Assembly: GCA_027022365.1 (NCBI GenBank)
Contig: JALVYU010000031.1
Location: 384,001-448,000 of the forward strand
Reading direction: 5' to 3'
From: Desulfurococcales archaeon
GTDB taxonomy: Archaea > Thermoproteota > Thermoprotei_A > Sulfolobales > Desulfurococcaceae
Length of the DNA: 64,000 nucleotides
Part shown: piece by piece, positions 10,475-20,030 of the stretch
Numbering within the stretch: the first letter of the stretch is position 1
Layout: every line of letters starts with the position of its first letter
Program-made: the position numbers and the translations under genes
Notes under the pieces: model-generated
What the model saw: only the letters and a program-made list of their open reading frames with translations
Database searches by the model: none
Told to the model about the DNA's origin: nothing

Positions 10475-11902
10475 ATGCCGCATTTCGTGTTAAAACTGAA
10501 AAACTATGGTCCTTTCTCAAGCCTCGATCTCGTTGTAAAGCCTTTGACAATAATAATTGGAAGAAATAGCCTTGGAAAATCTATGTTATTATATCTTCTA
10601 TGAGGTCTTGGAAACATCTATCACGGAGAAATCGATCTAAGGAAAATATACGGGGAGGAGGCTTACATAGAGAAAATCAATAGGATCAGCAGGTATATTA
10701 TTGATGGGGGCCTTAGCGAGAAAGGCGTCCAGGATCTATTAATGGAGTTCATGTTTGAAGCTGTTAAGTCTTTCGATAGACTTGTTACAATGAATTTTGG
10801 CGAGGTTCTCGCTAAAACCTATTGTGTTAATTCGCTTGACGATCTCGTGAAGAGGGGATAGAGGGAGGCGACAATAAGTCTTAGAGGTCCTTATGGCGAG
10901 TTAGAAATCACTATTAGGAACGGGAAGGCTGAAGCATCATGGATAGATGTTGCCATTGAAGAAGCATTGGCGGATATCGCGGATAACATGGTTGAATATG
11001 ATAAAGACAAGAAGACCCTAAAGATAAACATTGGAGATAATAAGCCGTTAGCCATGAGTATGCAGAACTATGAAGATGTTAGATTATTCGTGGCTGAAAA
11101 AGTGGTTCCAGCAGTGATTGAGCATATAATAGGCTTCTCTCATTTCCACGAGGATAAAGTTATACTCGTAGATGGTAGAGCAGGTATTATGAGGGCTCTG
11201 AACAGGCTTTACAGCATCCTTACAGAGCAGCAGCTTGCCTTTCTCAGCATGGTAGATAGAGAGTTTTTGAGGAAAACTAGAAGCTTGTTCGAAGACTATT
11301 TCGTCGGAGAATACGATGTAGAGACGGACCTGCTTAAAGACATTTACAGGGAATTTGGTATATTAGACATTGTTCCTAGATACGAGGCAGGTATTAGAAA
11401 AATCTACGTGAAGCTATGGACAGGCATCTATCAGTCTCTCGAAGAATCCCCAGCAGGAATTAGAGAAATACTGCCTCTGGTCATTAGTTTAATCAGCACT
11501 AGGCTGAAAAACATCTATGTCGAAGAGCCTGAGGCCCATCTTCATCCAGGAGCGATATGGGCTTTATCCAAGATCATAGGATACGCTGTCTCTCAGAGGA
11601 AGACAAACATATATATGACAACGCATAGTGACTACCTCGTCTACTGTATAAACATACTTATACAAGTACACCGAGTAATTGGGAGGAAACATCTTCAAGA
11701 AGAACTGAGCAAGATAAACATAGATCCGAGAGTAGGCATAGACCCCGACACTGTTTCAGCATATCTTCTGCGCCGTGAAAACGATAATGTTGTCGCCGAT
11801 AACCTTGTAATAGGCGAGGAAGGTATTGATGAAAAACACTTCTCAGACATCATAACAGAGCTTGCAGTGAGGAGAGAATACATTGACACGATTGCAAGGT
11901 AG
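10475..11902 (+). pseudogene. ABC/AAA_15-type ATPase interrupted by two nonsense codons
   Basis: ATG 10475, KNYGPF, Walker A GRNSLGKS; in-frame TGA 10601-10603 and TAG 10859-10861; same frame continues to Walker B/D-loop VEEPEAHLHP and H-loop TTHS. Confidence 0.85.
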
Positions 11903-12320
11903 GAAGACCAAGTCATCAAAGCCGATAATAATAGACCTAGACAAAGTAATTGACAAGAAAAAACTCGGTGAAAACAAAAAGTATGCCGATAAAATATTCG
12001 TCTACAATGAACAGATCTTTGTCATAGAGGAAGCGAAGAAACCCAAACTAAAAGACGTAGACCAAGTAATCGAGACAATCAAATCCCTCAAATCTAGGCA
12101 CCCCGCCTACGAGCAGGTGATCAATATCATAGAGAAACACTGCAGTCATATAGAAGATCATATACACGGAATAGTTCACGGACTCAAAAGCGTCGACTCT
12201 ATGGTAGCGAAATATGCCTCGGAGAATAAGGAGACGATAGTCCCAGTAAACTGCAATGAAAAACTATGGTGCACAATCAACCAACTCACAAAGAACAAGA
12301 ATTATCAAAACAGTCCTTAA
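11883..12320 (+). CDS. Small putative PD-(D/E)xK nuclease-like partner of the ATPase
   Basis: YADKIF...VIEEAK...DVDQV pattern; overlaps ATPase stop. Confidence 0.5.
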   Translation: MTRLQGRKTKSSKPIIIDLDKVIDKKKLGENKKYADKIFVYNEQIFVIEEAKKPKLKDVDQVIETIKSLKSRHPAYEQVINIIEKHCSHIEDHIHGIVHGLKSVDSMVAKYASENKETIVPVNCNEKLWCTINQLTKNKNYQNSP

Positions 12321-12522
12321 CTCTATTTTGTTATTACAGTAATTATGAGAAACGCCGTTCTATGGTCTAGAGCCCATATCCAACACCTACTACGATACAC
12401 CATCACTCTACATCGGGTTATTTGTATTATTTCAAGTACATAGTCTATGCTGAAGGCATTATAAGATCCTATGGGTGGAAAGATTAATTGTTCTTAAATG
12501 ATTCATAGATATTTAAATGGTG

Positions 12523-12752
12523 ATGAAATTGTCTAGAGTCATAAGGGTAAGATATGAAGGGGGGTCCTTAAGCCTCTTAAGCCTTTAGGATTAATGGAGG
12601 GGGAGGAACTTATCGTAGAGGTAAAAGAGATGCTTGGTAAAAAGAGAGGGGTAAGGAGGTTCTTTGGAATAATAAAGACCAAGGACTCTAAACCGGGAAG
12701 AGAGGAAGACTATTATGGACATCTCTCGGAAAGATGTCATATTTCTAGATAG
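12523..12752 (+). pseudogene. AF2212/DUF104-family antitoxin with frameshift in a G6 run
   Basis: SRVIRVRYEG|GVLKPLKPLGLMEGEELIVEV matches the paralog at 13501; one G missing at ~12559-12564. Confidence 0.75.
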
Positions 12753-13177
12753 TATTTTCGTTATTCTTGGAGGTTCTATCGCTAGGGACATTATAGAGGG
12801 TTCTTCGAGGTTTGCAATTAATTCGGTAGTCTTTAGTAAGATATCGTTTAATCTCTTGAAACTACTATATGAAGAAAAATTCGGAGAATACCGCTTCTAT
12901 AATATGAAATCAAGCCTATTGGCGCGAGATTACGATGTTTTTAAAAGGTTATGAAATAGCTTGGTCTTTCCTGGATGAACTATATAGTAAGGACAGATTG
13001 GTGTTTATCTCCATAACCATGCAAGTAGTAAGCGACGCTGCTGAAATAGCTACAAAATATAGACTACTGCCCAATAACGCACTAATAGCAGCAACATGTA
13101 GGCACTACGATATAAACAGCATAGTAACTTTCGACGAAGACTTCAAAAAAGTACCATGGCTCAAAGTGATTCCCTAG
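12715..13177 (+). pseudogene. vapC: VapC/PIN toxin, frameshifted
   Basis: VIFLDS in 12715..12954; LLPNNALIAATC...IVTFDEDF in 12935..13177; frames join at the TTTTTAAAA run near 12938-12946. Confidence 0.8.
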
Positions 13178-13302
13178 TTCCATGAGAATATTATCGATCA
13201 GGATTATCAACGGTGAAGTAAAAGGACTATAATTCCCTACTCAGATTCAAAAACTATGACTCCCCTATAGAATAAACAAGACCAATGCAGGGAATTTATG
13301 AA

Positions 13303-13351
13303 TAGCGAGCCTACAGGGATTTGAAACCAGATCCACTATTTCCAGAGGCTG
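13303..13351 (-). other. Possible decayed tRNA 3' half (att-site relic)
   Basis: Minus strand cagcctctggaaatagtggatctggtTTCAAATCCCtgtaggctcgcta resembles anticodon arm, T-loop and acceptor strand of an archaeal tRNA (Arg-like ...GGGCCCGCCA). Confidence 0.35.
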
Positions 13352-13500
13352 ATGGATAAATACTTAGTTTTATTGCATAGAGTAAAGCGGGATCTGCAAC
13401 AATGCCAGGAAAATGATTTAGTAAATTTGTGGCTGCAAACTTATTCCATCACAACATGCTTTAATCCTTCGCAACTATAAATATAGTCGGGTGTAACTGC

Positions 13501-13698
13501 GTGTCTAAAGTTATTAGGGTTAAGTACGAGAATGGTATATTGAAGCCTTTAGAGCCAGTAGATCTAGAGGAAGGAGAAGTAGTCTTGGTTACCATTAAGC
13601 GTGATATAAGGAGAGTGCTCAAGAAATATCGAGGGATTCTAGGAAGAACATCAATTAGAGAACTCCTAGAAATCGAGGAAGAGGCTCATATTCAATGA
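13501..13698 (+). CDS. AF2212/DUF104-family antitoxin
   Basis: MSKVIRVKYENGILKPLEPVDLEEGE signature; ATGA overlap with PIN gene. Confidence 0.9.
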   Translation: MSKVIRVKYENGILKPLEPVDLEEGEVVLVTIKRDIRRVLKKYRGILGRTSIRELLEIEEEAHIQ

Positions 13699-14157
13699 GG
13701 CTAGCTTACATTGATACTAGCTTCATACTTAGCATCCTCCTGGAAACCGAGAAGAGCGGTCTGGCCGAGCAAATCTTAGAAGCACACAGCGACCTACAAT
13801 TCATGATTTCAGGAATTGCAGTTAATGAAACCCTCTATGTCGCAACTTATGAGTACTACAAGCAGAAAGGAATGATTAGGGGGAGATACGGTTTAAGAAA
13901 GTTAATTGCGAAGCAAGGGTATCCTAAATAAGGTAATAGATACAGTAGTCTCCTTCCTAAAAGATCTAAACGTCGAAATGGTAAGTGACTATTTCGACTA
14001 TAACGAATATTTCCAAATAATACAAGATTTTAAACTCCTTCCTAATGATGCCTAGATAGCATTAACTTGTCGGCACTATGGCATCAACATCATCTTAACT
14101 TTCGATGAGGACTTCAAGAGGGTTTCATGACTTAAGATTATCCCACAGAGGGGATAG
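13695..14157 (+). pseudogene. vapC: VapC/PIN toxin with frameshift and nonsense codons
   Basis: AYIDTS...NE; TAA/frameshift ~13929-13932, TAG 14053-14055 (LLPNDA*IA), TGA 14128-14130 (TFDEDFKRVS*LKIIP). Confidence 0.85.
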
Positions 14158-14760
14158 ACTAAATCAATATTATCACAAACATATAGAGAGTCCATGGTGT
14201 TTTACAATTTTAATTCTTGTTTATAATTACAAACTGAATACCTCATCCTAGAATGACGGGTTTTCATTATCAATTAGCCTGGTATTTTTTAGCTTCCGAT
14301 TTCCCTACATTCTTAATAGCATGCCCTAATAACTTTATAATACCCGCTCCTCGGCATCCAGTCCCTATTTTATAAATATCATTGCAAACAAGCCGTGGCA
14401 TGTATAGTCTCCATGTGGAATCTACGCCGAGAAAATAACGGTAATAAATGGCGGGCAGGCTGGAAAACTCGGTGATCTATGATTAGAAGGTGTTAATGGT
14501 ATAGTTGCTTTTGAAGAGAGGTGGGGAGAATACTTAAGTAGCGGGCCTACTGGGGGTTACGGCTCAAGGATCATTTGCCGATGGCGGGAAAACAAAAGCC
14601 ATGAGTATCTTGTCAATAAAGCCTTGGAGTTTGGAGTTGTTCTAGGAGTGGCTTATAGTTGATGGGGCGGGACATGGGTATTGTCCTGAGAGCTGTAAAG
14701 TCCTTGTGGCTGTAGGTTTGGGTTATGGATATGGGTTGTCTTCCGGTCCTGGATCGAGGA

Positions 14761-15684
14761 CTATGTCTTCTTGCTAAGCTCATAGAGTGCTGCGGCTAAG
14801 TATGATATGAGGCCTGCGTAGCTAGTGGTCTTGCTAATTAGTTCTTTGCGGCAACCGGCGAGCCTAAGGCCTCTTCTTACTGCTAGGTCTTCGGGGAGGA
14901 ATATGTCTAGGTTGCCTGTGTAGGCCATGTAGGCTAGCTTGGCTGTCCAGGGCCCAACGCCTCTTAGCCCGATTAGCTCATCGATAGCCCTCCTAGGCGG
15001 TAGTCCCCCTATTTTTTCGAGATCGTATCCCTGCCTGACAATGGCTTCGGCTATCCCGATCACGTACTCGGCCTTCCTCCTACTGAGCCCTATGTTTCTG
15101 AGTTTTTCGGCGCCTGCGTCAAGCACTTTCAATGGTGTTGGGAAACCGTAGAGTGTCCTGTTCTTGCTGATGCTTATTTTTTCGCCGAGACGCTCGACAA
15201 GCTTGGATGTTATCCGTAGGGCCAAGTATATGGGTAACTGTTGGTTCACGATGGCCTTTACCAGCGACTCCCACATACTCGGGTTTAGGGCTGGCCTCAG
15301 GCCAGGGTACTCCTCGATCATCCTTCCTAGGCCGGGGCATATCTCTATAATCGTGGATGTATCGGGGTATACATATTCTGTGTTCAAGACATGCTTGACT
15401 ATTTTTACAGCGGTTTCGGGCGGACCACAGATTACGTGTATTTTTATTAGCGGCTCCCACCCCTCGCTAAGAATCGTTGCCTCATACGCTACCTCTTCCT
15501 CAACACCCCACGTAACTAGTCGTGCGCAGGATCTCGACTCCTCATCATAGATGCACGGCGTCGGCCTGTTCTTCAGCGTGAATTGCTTCAGGTGCGGCGT
15601 TATTGTGTAGGGTGCCCGCGGCTTAATCACTATCACTGGCTCCTCGTCATGGACATCTCTAGTAGTCACTATGTCTCGCCTCAC
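14761..15684 (-). CDS. alkA: DNA-3-methyladenine glycosylase II (HhH-GPD family)
   Basis: WESLVKAIVNQQ, FPTP, GLSRRKAEY, HhH LRGVGPWTA, PEDLAVRR. Confidence 0.85.
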   Translation of the reverse strand: MRRDIVTTRDVHDEEPVIVIKPRAPYTITPHLKQFTLKNRPTPCIYDEESRSCARLVTWGVEEEVAYEATILSEGWEPLIKIHVICGPPETAVKIVKHVLNTEYVYPDTSTIIEICPGLGRMIEEYPGLRPALNPSMWESLVKAIVNQQLPIYLALRITSKLVERLGEKISISKNRTLYGFPTPLKVLDAGAEKLRNIGLSRRKAEYVIGIAEAIVRQGYDLEKIGGLPPRRAIDELIGLRGVGPWTAKLAYMAYTGNLDIFLPEDLAVRRGLRLAGCRKELISKTTSYAGLISYLAAALYELSKKT

Positions 15685-16111
15685 AGAACACTATGTGGTT
15701 GACGAGTAATTATCTTAAGGCCGTTATGGAGCTGGGAGAACCTAGTATCCAGGACGGTTGAAGCCAAAGTATTGTTCCCCTGTAAATCCCGACCTAGCAA
15801 TTACGGTTCCCCCATAAGCCTCGGCTTTCACTGGTTACCACGGCTTAGAAGCATACTTCACGGCCAATTATCGTTCCAGCTGTCGGCTTGGATGAACGGG
15901 AAAAATACATAGTCTCGAGAATAACTAAATTGCATGCTTAGCTTTCGTACACATCCCGGAAATAGATACTGAATATACCGAATCTTTCAGAGCTATATGT
16001 TCTACCATGCATAGCGTGTTCGCCTTGAGGAGGGGAATACTGGGCTGAGGGTTCTCCCAAGAATTATTAATTGGAAAAACTGTCTGGGTCTATGTGCCTG
16101 GCTTGCGTACA

Positions 16112-16867
16112 CTACTTCCTGAGCTTTACGGGCTGTTTCTTCTTTAGCCCGCTGTAGAGTAGGCTGAACGATAACGCGAAGAACAGGATGGAGGAGGCCA
16201 GTGTGATGATGCTGAGCAGTGATAGTTTGTGGTATGTCTTGACCGCTATTCCTATCAATGCTATTGTCGCAGCCATTATTATCAGGCTAGTAATGATGTT
16301 TTCGCGAGGGGTTCTGAGAACCACCTTGTTGCCGCGGGGATCAACGGGTCTGCCGCAGTGGGGGCACTTGAAATACTCTATCCTAGAACCACATATGGGG
16401 CATGTATCAAGCCCTACCGGGAGAGAATGGTTGTTCCCACACTTGACTACATGAAGGGAGAGGTCGCCACCGCACCACGGACATGTTAAACGATTATTGA
16501 AGCGACGATAAACATTTAATAGGATTGTTCTCACAATGCTGGGCTTACCCCTTACTAGTAAGAACAGATTCGGTTTAAGCCTGGCAGCCCCTGTATAGTT
16601 GCTGGGTGTTTCTGTACTAATTATAACATATTCTTCGCCACTAGTAGCAGAATATCCGTGATAACTATTGATCATATCGGTTGCCAGGGCGGCTAACTCC
16701 TCAGCTTTTTCCTGATCAATGTTCTTGCCCCAGTACAGCGGGTATCCATCGAGAACAACGACGTATTCGTCCACACCGTCTATACTGGAGATATAATCGT
16801 TAATAGCTTTTAGGGGATCAGTGCTGTTAGTGGCTAAACGACTCATCACGTTCACCCATTTATCCAC
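16112..16867 (-). CDS. Roadblock-like domain + double zinc ribbon + two C-terminal TM helices
   Basis: SIDGVDEYVVVLDGYPL...AEELAALA (Roadblock-like); CPWC, CGNNH, CPIC, CPHC; two hydrophobic helices then basic tail. Confidence 0.7.
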   Translation of the reverse strand: MDKWVNVMSRLATNSTDPLKAINDYISSIDGVDEYVVVLDGYPLYWGKNIDQEKAEELAALATDMINSYHGYSATSGEEYVIISTETPSNYTGAARLKPNLFLLVRGKPSIVRTILLNVYRRFNNRLTCPWCGGDLSLHVVKCGNNHSLPVGLDTCPICGSRIEYFKCPHCGRPVDPRGNKVVLRTPRENIITSLIIMAATIALIGIAVKTYHKLSLLSIITLASSILFFALSFSLLYSGLKKKQPVKLRK

Positions 16868-16957
16868 CGATCAGCTACTATGATCTACGATTATTGAGAC
16901 TAGTTAAGCTAGTTCTACTTAGGAGAAAAAAGTAAAATAAAAATATTATAGGTTTTT

Positions 16958-17479
16958 TCACCTGACAATAACCTTTATAATTAGCGGCTCTTCCGGCGAT
17001 TTCATAGGCTCTACCTGTATCCGTACATTAGCCTTTGCGTTTTTCTTCCTGAGCACCTTCCTGATGACATAGGCGGCTATGAAGGACTCAGGTGATAGTG
17101 TGAACTTTATACCTTTCCTCTGTAGTAGGAGTGCTACCGGCTTAAATACGCTGTCATACACCTTTATAGTATAGACACTACCGGATGATGCCTTGTCCCC
17201 TGACACTTCCACCTCAACTTTTTCACTTACCCCTGTCAGCTTGAAGATTTTAGGTATATCCTTCTCTAGATCCTCTACATCGCCGAGCTCCACTCCGAGA
17301 TCCTTCAGCATCTCATCCGCTATTTTCGTGACTTCCCGAAGTATCAGCTGCGTGAGCGCTGCTGAGCCGGAGCCTAGTACCTTCGAGAGCGCTAATTGAT
17401 ACATTGCTATAATGGCGTTTATAGTACCGGTTGGGATCTCCTTCTTATCCGACAAATCAAATCTTCCCTCGCTCGCCAT
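16958..17479 (-). CDS. V4R/TRAPP-like alpha/beta domain protein
   Basis: Helical N-half (ALSKVLGSGSAAL), then VEVE...YTIKVYDSVF...LSPESFIAAYVIR pattern of archaeal V4R-like proteins. Confidence 0.5.
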   Translation of the reverse strand: MASEGRFDLSDKKEIPTGTINAIIAMYQLALSKVLGSGSAALTQLILREVTKIADEMLKDLGVELGDVEDLEKDIPKIFKLTGVSEKVEVEVSGDKASSGSVYTIKVYDSVFKPVALLLQRKGIKFTLSPESFIAAYVIRKVLRKKNAKANVRIQVEPMKSPEEPLIIKVIVR

Positions 17480-17504
17480 GATTATCGACCTAACGCCCCT
17501 CTTA

Positions 17505-17867
17505 TTAGAGGGCCGCCTTTATCCTGGGAAGCTGTTTCTTAAGTTCATATCTAAGTCTCCCGAGCACTGCACCACGCTCAGCAATTAGTGCTACAATGTT
17601 TTCCCCTATGTCCGACACGAGAGCTATGGAGCCAGTGAATTCAAGGGTAGCTATTTCCGGCTTACCAAGTTCCAGCTCCTTGCCCAACGTCTCGATCGAA
17701 CCCATTGCCGCGGTCAGCATCGCCGCCAAAGCTTCTTCATCGAATGATCCACTCGCCATGATACTCTCGATCATGAATCCCTCCTTGCTTATTACAAATA
17801 CACCCTGTACATGGGGTATACGGGATAGATCAGTTAATACTCGTTTGAGCGGTGTAACTCCAGCCAT
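17505..17867 (-). CDS. Roadblock/LC7 (MglB-like) domain protein
   Basis: VLTDLSRIPHVQGVFVISKEGFMI...EALAAM...ELELGK...LGRLRYE. Confidence 0.92.
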   Translation of the reverse strand: MAGVTPLKRVLTDLSRIPHVQGVFVISKEGFMIESIMASGSFDEEALAAMLTAAMGSIETLGKELELGKPEIATLEFTGSIALVSDIGENIVALIAERGAVLGRLRYELKKQLPRIKAAL

Positions 17868-18020
17868 TTACTTCACCTGTTAGAGAAACTAACTTTGGTA
17901 GTCTCTTAATGCGGTGGTCGCTTATTAAGATTTTCGTTTTAATAATCAGCTGTGATTCAAATGGATTTTTATATAATAGATTATAACATATAAATAACTC
18001 TGTAAATTAAATAAGATTAA

Positions 18021-18836
18021 TTATGTTAAATCATATATGAAGATCCTAGCTCTTTTGATCACTCCTTTGTGTTGCGATATGATTTTATTAATTATATCTT
18101 TTATTCCTTCAAATGACCCTATTTTAAGATTATTTACGGAGGAATCGGAGAATACACGTAATCCTACTTTATTGCTCCGCTTAATTAGCCACACACATGT
18201 GGAGCCTAGCCTTATAATTAATACAACATTGTTTTTCTCGGAGAGGATCCTATCAATAACTCTTAACAAATCATCGGACCCTGTCTCGATTAAACGATAA
18301 TCCCTACGTAATAATATATTCGCCCTATAAGTAACGTCTTCGAGCTGCATGGAAGCCTCATGGCTATAAACGAGTCTATCACCACTAGTTTCCTCGACTT
18401 TCTGATCGGATGAACCAAGCATCTCTATTATTTCGTCCCTAAGCCGATTAATCTTGAATTCTAGGATATATTCCTCGGGCGTTCCTCCTAATACTTGGAA
18501 ATTGCTATGTAACATTTCTCGGTCGATCTCGAACTCATGCCTGCTTAATTTAAATACTTCTATAAAGCCCTGCTGACTCCTCATTATGTTGTAGAAAACT
18601 TTGCTATCTGGTTTAATCGGAGTATTTTCTCTAAGTAAAACAATTACGGCGTTATAGCTAATCGATAAATACCCTAGAGCTGAGACGTTGTAATCATACG
18701 GGTTATGGTAGAATCGTAGAATGATATCCTTATCGCTATGTACGAAATCGATCATGTAAAGATAATACTTTAAGAGTTCATAGGTACTATAGTACTCTTT
18801 CAATTTATAGAATCGGCCTGTAAGCATTGATATCAT
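18021..18836 (-). CDS. Hypothetical protein (possibly DUF2226-like), first gene of Roadblock cluster
   Basis: 271-aa AT-rich ORF; GFIEVFKLS..EFEID segment recalls DUF2226-type proteins that accompany archaeal Roadblock genes. Confidence 0.5.
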   Translation of the reverse strand: MISMLTGRFYKLKEYYSTYELLKYYLYMIDFVHSDKDIILRFYHNPYDYNVSALGYLSISYNAVIVLLRENTPIKPDSKVFYNIMRSQQGFIEVFKLSRHEFEIDREMLHSNFQVLGGTPEEYILEFKINRLRDEIIEMLGSSDQKVEETSGDRLVYSHEASMQLEDVTYRANILLRRDYRLIETGSDDLLRVIDRILSEKNNVVLIIRLGSTCVWLIKRSNKVGLRVFSDSSVNNLKIGSFEGIKDIINKIISQHKGVIKRARIFIYDLT

Positions 18837-19363
18837 ATTGTATATCCCTCATTTTCTAACACATTGAATTAATAATTCTGTCATTCGCAAACTATCTTAC
18901 TAAGATATGTCTTATCTTCAAATATATTTTTCTCATGATCTATATATCTATGAATTCCTACCCAATAAAATAGATAATTTATATGATTTCGATCAATAAT
19001 ACATAATGTTCTGGACAATTATATACATAATTATATAATACTATATCTAGACATGTATTATGCATTCAAAACATTAATAAAGCCACACTAATCAAAACGT
19101 ATCGAAAAAGTGCGTACAATGACCACTTATATTCGTTTTGACTTTCATTTATGAATATAAAATTTATTGAGATATCAGGTTAAAGAACCTAATATAACGT
19201 ACAGCAATAACTTAGTAATTAGTTAATAAATATATGAGATCTTGATTTTTTAATAACGAATTATGGATAAAGCACGTGATATATTTTTGTATGTTGTTTT
19301 CTTAACTAATTTTAGATCAGGTATAATATTTTATTATGAAGATAATTATTGAACTGTTGAGAG

Positions 19364-19903
19364 GTGAATTCTTTGGATAATGATGTTGATAATAGCTATA
19401 AGAGGGTCTTATTACTCGTTACGAAATACGTTCTGGTAATGGTTATCGTTGCTTTGATCGTTGGCGTGGTTTATAGGGAGTATAGTAAAACGATGCTACA
19501 GGGATTGCCTCTGGAGAAGACTATTCTCGCCTCTTACTACCTCAGCTTATCGCATGGCCACATAATAGTCGTGTGCGTGGTTATACCAGTAGTGCTCCTA
19601 GTACTCACGCACCTTGTGGCGAGGACAGGGCTTGGACACCCGGACTACCGCTCGCTGAGGAGGGCATTGATAATATATCTCGTAGGGGCTACCGGTGCCG
19701 TAGCACTCCTGGTCTACAAGGGCCTGGGGATAATATACTTCTACTCACAAAACCCGTCAGCAGGCCTCACCATGGCGGACAACATGCTGTTCCTGAGGAG
19801 CCACGCACTCAGAGAATCACTGTATGGGATCATCCACCTCCTACTCGGCATAGGCCTAGCGTGGTATGCTATATCATTGCTAAGAGCGACGAGAACTAAA
19901 TAA
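19364..19903 (+). CDS. DUF2871-family membrane protein
   Basis: GVVYREYSK...LSLSHGH and GIIH motifs, four TM helices. Confidence 0.7.
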   Translation: MNSLDNDVDNSYKRVLLLVTKYVLVMVIVALIVGVVYREYSKTMLQGLPLEKTILASYYLSLSHGHIIVVCVVIPVVLLVLTHLVARTGLGHPDYRSLRRALIIYLVGATGAVALLVYKGLGIIYFYSQNPSAGLTMADNMLFLRSHALRESLYGIIHLLLGIGLAWYAISLLRATRTK

Positions 19904-20030
19904 ATAGATTTAACTCCTGTGTATTCCCAGCAATATGTTCGTCGTGGTACCGCTGATGATCCTCGGTTATAGGCTATATATCCTGTAAGCCGTTAATACC
20001 AGTGAATAGTAGTTAGCAGGCGGCCGTGGG

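Noticed and set aside
10475-14157. Stop-codon reassignment or Sec/Pyl readthrough explaining the many in-frame stops
   Set aside because: TGA, TAG and TAA all occur, together with frameshifts, and all three terminate intact genes elsewhere in the window; decay fits better
14200-16100. Possible ncRNA or gene fragments in the intergenic stretches flanking alkA
   Set aside because: No convincing C/D boxes, tRNA fold or continuous frame could be supported
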